DNA of 64,000 nt from Camelus dromedarius (lineage: Eukaryota): the NCBI RefSeq assembly GCF_036321535.1, contig NC_087447.1, positions 38,318,001 to 38,382,000 on the forward strand, given 5' to 3'. Shown here piece after piece: positions 55,402 to 64,000 of this stretch. The notes under the pieces were generated by a model. The model was not told where the DNA came from. It was given only the letters and a program-made list of their open reading frames with translations, and ran no database searches. Numbering within the stretch: position 1 is the first letter of the stretch; each line of letters starts with the position of its first letter. The position numbers and the translations under genes are program-made.

Positions 55402-57329
55402 TGCATCTCCATTACTTTAAATAGTTTCTGTCATGCTGATGATACACCACAGTTGATTCATTGTTTTGGGAACTAATAATAATTATGACAGTCATAGTAG
55501 TTAATACATATTAGGAATGCTGGTAATTTTATACACATTGTTTCTGAGGTAAAGAATGTTAAGTGACTTGCCTACCACCACACAGATAATAAGTAACAGA
55601 CAGTGCTGAAGCCGAAATGACATGTGCTAAGCATGTACTGTTGGCATGTACTGGTGCTAGTCTCAGCAGGAAGATAACCTGCTGTTGCTCTTCAGCCACA
55701 CAAGTCAGAACTCTAGCCCTTCAGCGACTACTGTGGGAGATAGGCATCTGGATACCTGCTCCCACCAAGGTTGCACATAATGTGTACAGAAATCAGAGTG
55801 CTATTAGGAAGGAGGAGATGGATGCTGGACCACCAAAATTTGGCACCAAAATTGTTCTCTTGCCTTAGGCTGCAGTCCAGTCCCATGTTCCAGTGCCCCT
55901 CTGAGATGGCTCCCCCAATCTAAGCCCCTCACCTCTTACCTTCTCTGAGGCTCAATTTCTTCATCTATAGAATAGATATACCATGTTTTTTTTTTTTTTA
56001 ATTACTATTGGCTATTAAATAGGAATAGGGCCCAGCCCTGGGTGACCAAGTTTCCAGGAATGAGGTGGGTCCTCAGCAATGCCCTTTGAAAAAGTGAGAA
56101 AGGAACTGTCAGAGTTTGGGATCTAAGGGATTTAGGAGGAAGGGAACCAGACAGGATCTGGTTTTTCCTCAAGGTTATTGAAGGAAACAGTGAAGGGAGA
56201 AGGGGTGTGTAACAAGTCACGATTCCTTAGAGCCCTGCTGGTTTCCTGGGAGAACTGCTCACGGGTTGACCCACTGGCCTCTCGTTGGTTCTCACATAAG
56301 GCAGGGCACTAATAGGCCTCATCAGACAGTTGGGAAGAGGCTAGGAGGCAGAAACAAGTAGGATGCCTCATAGCTGGGGGATCTAAACTGTATGTCTGCA
56401 CCCTGACAGTAAAGTGTTGATGGCAAATTGCGAAGGGACTAAGCAAAAATGGTGTTTTTCCCATGGCAGCCAGGCCCCTAGCAAAGCAAAGAGAATAAGT
56501 CCTGTGTGGGACCAAAGAATCTGCTTTCCCTTTCCAGGAGCACTCAGGAGGTAGCATGTAACTGCCTGTCTGCGGCCCTGGGTTCTGGTTGGGTTTCCAC
56601 CACTAACTGCGAGTGGAATATCCTCTTTTCTGGCTTAATCTTCAAGGCCGAGCTCAAATGCCACCTCTGCTATAAAACTCTCTCAGGCTCTCCCTAATTG
56701 TTTTTTCTTCTGTGCACACACAGCACTCTCTGTTCCATGATTGTGCCACGCAGCACAACTAAGCATGTTACCATGTCTGTCTCCTCCATTCGTCTATGAA
56801 CTCCAATGTTATGGACTGTGTCTGATTCATCTTACCATCCCCTTTCCAACTTTGTAACTGACAGAGGATTAACACTCAGTGAGGTTTCTTGAATAAATGA
56901 ACCTGTAAAATGGAGATAGCATTTGCCGCCTTTCTCCCAGACTGTTCTAAAGTGAGAGTCAAGAATTAAGAACTTTTGCTAACATGCTACCATTAACTCA
57001 CTGTGCAATAATTGATAATAACAACTCACATGTGGGCAACACTTTACAATTTACAGTGCAGTTTTGCATCCATTATTTATTCGATCCTCATAGTAAACCA
57101 GTTATGACTTTATCATTTTACATGGGAAAACAGCTTAGAGAAGTGAAGTAATTGGCTAAGGTTGCTCAACAAGTAAGTGATGAGGCCAGAAATGGAACTC
57201 TGACCTTTGACCCAGAGCCTGCTCTCTATTACATGTTATTACTTTTACTTTTACTGCTGTAATAACCCTTGATTCATTGTAAAACAAGTAAACAGGCAAA
57301 AACCTCTCCTATAAACTGTTACGTTCCTG

Positions 57330-59970
57330 GCACATTATTACTCTCTTCATCTCCTGCTAAATGGAAACTTGGCTCTCTCTCAAAGCCACACCTCCCATAT
57401 TATATTTTCTTCAAGTCTGTTGATTAGAAGCTGCCTATTTTCAGATATTCCACTGGGGCCTCCACTGGCCATCCCATCATTCCCCACTGACACTAATCTA
57501 CCACCACACTTCTGTCGCATACAAAATTTACTTCTCCTTTGAGGCTTAAGTCGTCCTGCTCAGCCCATCAGACACTGCCCTAGGACCTTGACGTTTGAAT
57601 GAGTGATCCAAGAGTGGAAGGAACAAGGGGAGGGCTTCTCTTTGAGCCTTGTGCCATCTACGCTATCTGCAGTGGTTTTATTCTGACCACCTCAGTCCCT
57701 AAAGTCTTCTCCACTTCAAGTCCTGCCATCACCCAGGAGACTTCACTATGTGAAACCATTTAACATGCTAACCTCTTTTTCCTTAATGTTGGCAATAATA
57801 ACTACCACCTCACAACCAAGATTATACCCTGGACCTGCTCAAGAACTGGAACCACTCCACTTTAGAGATCTTACAGTCTAGTATACTAAATCTCAGACTG
57901 TCATCTCCTGGTTCCCAAGCTCTCTCATTTGTTTATTCCCACCATACCTGCTCCTTGATGTCCAGGATACCACCAGGCTTTTGGCCTCACTGTTTTCTCC
58001 CAAGTCCACCACTCCCCTTAGTATTTCCCTTCCTTCCCTACTCTGCCTAGAACTTATAGTGCTGCATGAAAACCAACATTGTCCTCTTTCTGCCATACCC
58101 TGTCTGAAAAGTCCAGACTTTGTATCAGTCCAACCATCTGCCTTCTCCACCTATACCTAGGCCGCTGAGTGCAACCATGCAGATTAGCTCTAAAGCAATT
58201 CTGTGATCTTCATCCTTGGCAGGGCTCTGATAGGTATTGCCACCTTGGTCATCTCTTCACAGTAGGTATGAATTAATTACCAAAACCGATTAAGAAAAAA
58301 ACAGAAAAACTGATTTAACAAATATTTATTTATCTATTAAATGCCAGGCAATGCACTACATGTTAAATACGTACAGTAGACAAAAGCAACACAGTGCCGA
58401 CCTTCATAAAATTGTAGTCTAGCACAGAAGAGAGACCTTGTCCACTATATACAAACATATAGTTACAGTTGTGAAGAGTGCTGCAAAGGAAAAAACTCCA
58501 GGTATAAGAGCATACAATAGGAAGACCTACCCTACTCTGAAGGAGGGCCTCCCTGGGAAGGTGACATTTAATTTCAGGCCTAAAGGAAGGGTTTGAATTT
58601 GCTTAGTGAAAGGAACAGAAATGGAATGGAAAGGCTTTCCAGGTAGAGGGAAGGATATCTGTGAAGGGCCTGAGACAGGAAGGAAGAAGTGAATGAAAGG
58701 GGCCTTGTGAAAGTATATGGAGGGGATTGAGGGCAAGGTTGGAAAAGTCAATGTGAATCACATCAAGGGTCCTTTTAAGGATTTCAAACCAATGTAGGGT
58801 TTCGTGAAAAAGATGGGATTATCTCATTTGTCTGGTCTTTTGAAAAAGGTCAACCCCCTTTGTAGTATGTTGAAAGGGTTGAGTGGAGGTAAGTAAACCA
58901 GATAAAAACCTATTATAAATTGTCCACTTAAGGGCTGATGACTTAGTGTAGATAGATTTGAGAACCTTCTCTAAACTCCAAAAGGCCCATAACCTGCTTC
59001 TATCCCTCCCACCACCACCACTACTGGTGCCACTTTTGGTAATTGATTTGTTTCCTACTTCTTAGGAAGCTAAAAATATCAGGTGTGAACTTCCCCAGTT
59101 TCCTGCCTGTACACCCACATATTAGCTAACTGCACTTCCTTCCCTTCCTTCCTGCCAGTCTCAAAGAAAGACGGCCAGATCTTCTTTCTGAAGCCCGTCG
59201 TTCCCCCTTACACCATCTCCAGGATCAGTACCATGCTCCATTGCTTATCCACTCCTGTCCTGTAAACAAACAGAAAAACAAAATTCACTTTCTGCCACCC
59301 TAGGAACTGCCTTATTTCTCTCCTTCCCTTTATAACAAATTGTATATAGGCTACACTCCCCATGTCAGGGATAGTGGTGCTCACCAAGTATCCCTGATAC
59401 TCCCCACATTCCCCAGCTCTTTCAACGTTAGGCAGGCCTACGTGACTAGTATCTCATTCTGTACCGAAGCATAGAGTAGCTGGCAAGTGACCCTCCAACG
59501 AGTTACTCAGCGGCCACGGCAATTGTGGAGGGAGTTCTGTCTTCCAGAAGTTACAGTTTCAAGATGATGGAGCCTCCATTACTTTGATTAAGTGACTCTG
59601 TAGAGCAATTCCCCCAATATGTACAGTATAAGAAAGAAACACTGTAAGTCGCTGTAATTTGGGGGTGGTTTGTTACTACAGCATAGCCTGGCCTAACTAA
59701 TACATTTACTGCCTCTACTTCCTCACCTCCTGTGCACTGTTTTATAAAGAATTTCATTATTTCTGACATACTTTTAGCCCTCAGACTCCTCCTCTGCACT
59801 GACATTTTACTCAGGCAAATGCCACCACAATTCTTTTATTGTTAAATCATGTAATTTCATTTCTCTGTACTATAAGACCTAGTTGGCTACTCTCTTCTTG
59901 AAGCATCTTCTCTTCTGGCTGCTGTGATGCTAGCATCTCTTGGTTTTCCTCTGATTTCTCTAGAACATCA
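57330..59970. mobile_element. Mosaic of degenerate L2 fragments (both orientations)
   Basis: Pyrimidine-rich L2 body on + and an antisense L2 3' end at ~58310 (atttaacaaatatttatttatctattaaatgccaggc); approximate. Confidence 0.5.
59363..59704 (+). mobile_element. MLT1-type MaLR solo LTR
   Basis: TG...ggtttgttactacagcatagcctggcctaactaataCA, a characteristic MLT1 3' end. Confidence 0.7.
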
Positions 59971-60569
59971 GTTTTGGAGGTCAATTTTTTTCTCACACTG
60001 TCAAAGTGTAACTGAATTGCTTTTTTCAAGTTAAAGCCCCACTAGAAGACTTCTATGACTTTCCAAATCTACACTTATTAAACTGACATTTGAGACCCTC
60101 TAGCCACAACCTATCTTTCCATCTTTAGCTTCAGATATTCTTCTTTACTCAGCCTACACTTTACCAGTACGAGCTTGATGAGCTCTCCTCCTCTGACCTT
60201 CATCAGGCAGTTTCCGGCAACTGTCACATGCTTCTGTCCTGCTTTCTCCTGTCAAATAATTTAGACATGTGTGCAAAGATGCTTGTACAAGGATTGCTTA
60301 TAATAGCAAAATATTGGAAATGACCTAAATGTCCATCTCTAGGTGACTGCTTAAACAGATTATGGTAAATTTATGCGATGTGCACTATGAAGACAAGAAT
60401 GATAGTGTACAGACATGGAAATTGTTCACAGTTTATTAAGTATATAAGTCAGTGAAGTATACATCATCTCATATTTGTTAAAATACACAGAAAATATTTG
60501 GAAGAGTATACATCAAAATGTTAATGGTCAGAAGTTAAAAAAATAGATAAATTAGATTTCTTTTTCTTC

Positions 60570-61492
60570 TGATAAGGGACTTGTAACCAGAACATATTAA
60601 TAATTCTTACAACTCAATAATGAAAAGACAACACAATTTTAAAAATGGGCAAAGGATCTAAATAGACATTTCTCTAGAAAAGGTATACAAATGGCCAATA
60701 AGCACATGAAAAGACAATCAACATCATAAGACATCAGGGAAATGCAAAACAAAACCACAATGAGATACCACTTCATATCTACTAGGATAACTGTAGTCAA
60801 AAGGACAGATATAACAAGTGTTAACAAGGATCTGGAGAAACTGACATCCTCATACACTGCTATTAAGAGTATAAAATAGTGCTGCTGCTTTGGAAAATAG
60901 TCTGGGAGTTCCTCAAAAAGTTAAATTACGTTACCGTACAACCCAGTGGTTCCATTCCTAGGTATAAATTCAAGAGAAATGAAAATGCATCCCCACAAAA
61001 GCTTATACATGGATGTTCACAGCAACATTATTCATAATAGCCAAAAAGCAGAAACAATCTAAACATCTATCAACATAAATATGGTATATATTCATACAAT
61101 AGAATACTATTTGACAATAAAAAGTAATGAAGTCCTGATATATAGTACAGCCTGGATGAACCTTGAAAACATTATGCTATGTGGAAGAAGCCAGTCACAA
61201 GGACCACGTATTGTATGATTCTATTTAAATGAAAGATCTGGAATAGGCAAATCTATAGTAACAGCAAGGAGATTCATGATTGCCTATGGCTGAATAGGTA
61301 GGGGCATTGAGGGGAAATAAGAAGTGACTGCTAATGGGTACAGAGTTTCTTTTGAGGTGATGAAAATGTTCTAAAATTAATTGTGATGATGGTTGCACAA
61401 CTCTGAATATACTAAAACCCATTGAATTGTACACTTTACATGGATAAATCGTATGGTATGTATGGAATTGTATGGAATTATATCATTAAAAC
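60570..61492 (+). mobile_element. L1MB-like ORF2 end + 3'UTR
   Basis: aaatgggcaaaggatctaaatagacatttctc...ggaaatgcaaaacaaaaccacaatgagataccac...gatggttgcacaactctgaatatactaaaac. Confidence 0.88.
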
Positions 61493-62069
61493 TGAGATTT
61501 AACTTAAAGTTTAATTTAATTTAAAGATGTTTTAATTTGAAGATGTTAATGGTATTGTTCTTATAAAGCTTGGAAAGGGGTAGAAGCATCAGTAGGGAAA
61601 GAGGGGAAAGGGTTTGTAAGAAATTCATATACAACTCTGGCTTAAGCGAAGGAAAGTGAGGAATTTATGGGAAGACTATTGGGGTAGTTCACAGAATCCA
61701 GTGAATTACTGAATAACCAAATCTTGGCAGGGAAGGAATGAGGGCAGCTCTGGGAATTTTGATGGTCCAAGTTTCAGATTCCCAGAAGGAGAGTATTTGA
61801 TTGTCTCAGCTTGGGTTAGGTGCCTACCCCTGAATCAGTCAACTCTGGGTAAAAGAAACAGGATCAAATAGCAAGGACCTGATTGCAGGAGGCCTTTGCT
61901 TGTGTATCTGATTCATTTTCACAGTAAAAGGACAACAGCTATAAATGGAGCAGATAAACAGACACAAAGAAGTACTTACTATAAGTAAGTCAAAAAAGCA
62001 AGGTCCAGAACAAGTTGTCTAGTAAGACTCATTTTTCACTAAAAATTCATAAAATGTGCAAACAGGGCC

Positions 62070-62355
62070 CAGGCAAGTGATATATATGAGTGTTACCTGT
62101 GTAAGACTGTAGCACATGCTATAACTAGCAAGCCGGAGGGTCCCACATTTAAAGGGAGCGGATGCAACTCCATTCCAGCCAATTTTGTCCTGCTGGAATG
62201 CAAGTCCGCTGTTGCCAGATCTTTGGGTTTTTCAAGCAAAGCCAAAAACACTTGATTTTTATTTGAAACTTCCTGAATTTAAAAACCCTCTAGGGGCTAA
62301 ACAAAAATCTCTATAAGCTGTGTCTGTCTGCAGGTTCCAGTTTGCAACTTCTGTT
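62070..62355 (-). mobile_element. MER102-like hAT-Charlie relic
   Basis: gctgttgccagatctttgggtttttcaagcaaagcc, antisense of the element at ~18 kb. Confidence 0.5.
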
Positions 62356-62509
62356 CTATATATTTGTGTATAAATAGAAAGTGGTTGAGACAGACCTGAG
62401 CTTGTACCTGCTGTATGATCTTGGATAAGTTATTTCCTCTCTAACACGTAAAATGAGGACAATAATTTGAACCTCAGGGTTGCATCCATTAGTTAACAAA
62501 AGTGTTAAG

Positions 62510-64000
62510 AGCTTTCAGTTAAAGATGATGGACTGAATGCACACATATAATTTTGCTCTCTTCCCAAAACCCATTAAAACCAGAGTAAAGGGATTTAGAG
62601 TAACAGAGTTTCACAAGGATGGAGGAAAAGGAGAGGACACAACAGCAATAAAAATTTGGAATCTGGAAAGCAGATGGACAAGTGGTAAACTGACTTGGCA
62701 GAGCTAAGAAACGAAATCCTACATATAAAGAGGGAAAAGCAGAGAACCAACCTGATCTACACTACAGAATCTTCAAAAAGCTCAGGAACTGAGGACAAAG
62801 GAAGTGGGAAATAAATTTAGGAAAATTGAATACTGCCTAAGAAGCATATTCATAGAGTCTACTTCATATTTTATCCCCCTGAATGACAGACAACCTTTAC
62901 TGCACTCTAGCGGAAGACTGAAGGATTATTCTCTAGAAAGGATTTTTTAAAAAGAAGAAGAGTCCCTGTATTAATGGGTGCATGGCACAATTATAGACTA
63001 ATAAATCTGTGTCTACTAAAGGCTGAATGCTGAGATCTCCCAGCTCCTGTTCCATTCCTGGCTCCCAGAAGGTAGGCAGCCAGGTATCCACCCTCCCAAC
63101 AGATGATTAAAACATTTTTCTGGAGAATCTGATCAGCCAAGGGGGAAACAAATACAGCATACTGTCACTGGGGGTTCCCTGACAAATGGCCTAGTCAGAT
63201 CATCCCACATTGAAACTCCAAATCAACAAGCCTTACCCACATGCTCAGAGCTTCAGATCTATTTTGTGTCCCTTCTTCAACAAGAGCAGACAATCAGAGA
63301 TGAACAAACTTCTAAGTAAAACGTCTAACAGGAAATATAAAGACCAAAACAAACAGGCAGATTAAAGTAAGTTAAGGGAGAGAAAGATAATACAGGAAAA
63401 GGAAAACTTCTAAATCAGTATCATTAATATGTTCAAAGAGATAAGAGGCAACATTTCCTTGCTATTTTTCAACAAAGGAATATTCAGAAAACAAAACAGG
63501 GCCCATGGAAATTAAAACCATGGTAGCAGAAATGAAAAATTCAATAGGAAGACTGGAACTTAAAAGTGAGAAAATCTCCCAGAAAGTTAAGGGGAGAATT
63601 CAAAGAGATGGAAGGTAGGAGAGAAAAGATAAGAAAATTAAAAGACCAGTCCACAGTTCTGATACTCAAATAACAGGCACTCAAAGAACAGGAGTAACTG
63701 AGGGCAGAAAAGCATAAAAGAAATATCTCAAGAAATTTTCCCAGAACTACGGGTCTTGGTTTTCCAGAATGAAAGGATTCACAGAGTATCTGGCACATTG
63801 AATGAAAATATATCCATATATGGCAGTTGGTGAAATTCAGAACACCATTGTGTAATTTTAGAACACCAAACACAAAGAGAAGATTCTAAAAGCTTTCAGG
63901 AAGAAGGAGTAGGTTACATACACTCTCAGGAATCAGAATGACTTTAGGATTCTTAATAGCAACATTGGAAGCAAGAATGGATGATGGAGCCATGCCTTAA
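62510..64000 (+). mobile_element. HAL1/old L1 5' region and degenerate ORF1, running off the window end
   Basis: aagatgatggactgaatgcac...cccaaaacccattaaaacc 5' end; ORF1-like end aaagagaagattctaaaagc...aggaatcagaatgac...agcaacattggaagcaaga. Confidence 0.6.

Noticed and set aside
46900..64000. Additional gene, snoRNA, tRNA or CRISPR-like array in the downstream region
   Set aside because: Only repeat fragments and short random ORFs; no CpG island, exon chain, structured-RNA boxes or regularly spaced repeats found by eye.

Overview
Mammalian genomic DNA, most likely a camelid (inferred from a Vic-1-type tRNA-derived SINE and artiodactyl-like L1 3' ends). It holds two tandem + strand housekeeping genes. 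PSMA1 (20S proteasome alpha-6/C2) is present as its last six coding exons (697-7926), including a U12-type minor intron at 786-1407. COPB1 (coatomer beta) is complete: CpG-island promoter ~12.0-12.6 kb and 21 coding exons (13039-46486) summing to 2862 nt = 953 aa + stop. The remaining ~17 kb is repeat-rich intergenic DNA (L2, MIR, L1, MaLR, hAT, HAL1-like). I see no new protein-coding gene, RNA gene or CRISPR-like system. The unusual signals are small-scale: an internally primed 58-bp L1 endonuclease fragment with a perfect TSD; a sense L1 tail inserted into the COPB1 exon 12 acceptor; an 86-bp copy of the COPB1 3'UTR 2.1 kb downstream; a poly(A)-only insertion; a possible U2-in-U12 twintron; a CTCF site between the genes; and a hypothetical PSMA1-COPB1 read-through frame whose stop overlaps the COPB1 start (ATGA). 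Repeat names and boundaries were judged by eye and are approximate unless TSDs are given.
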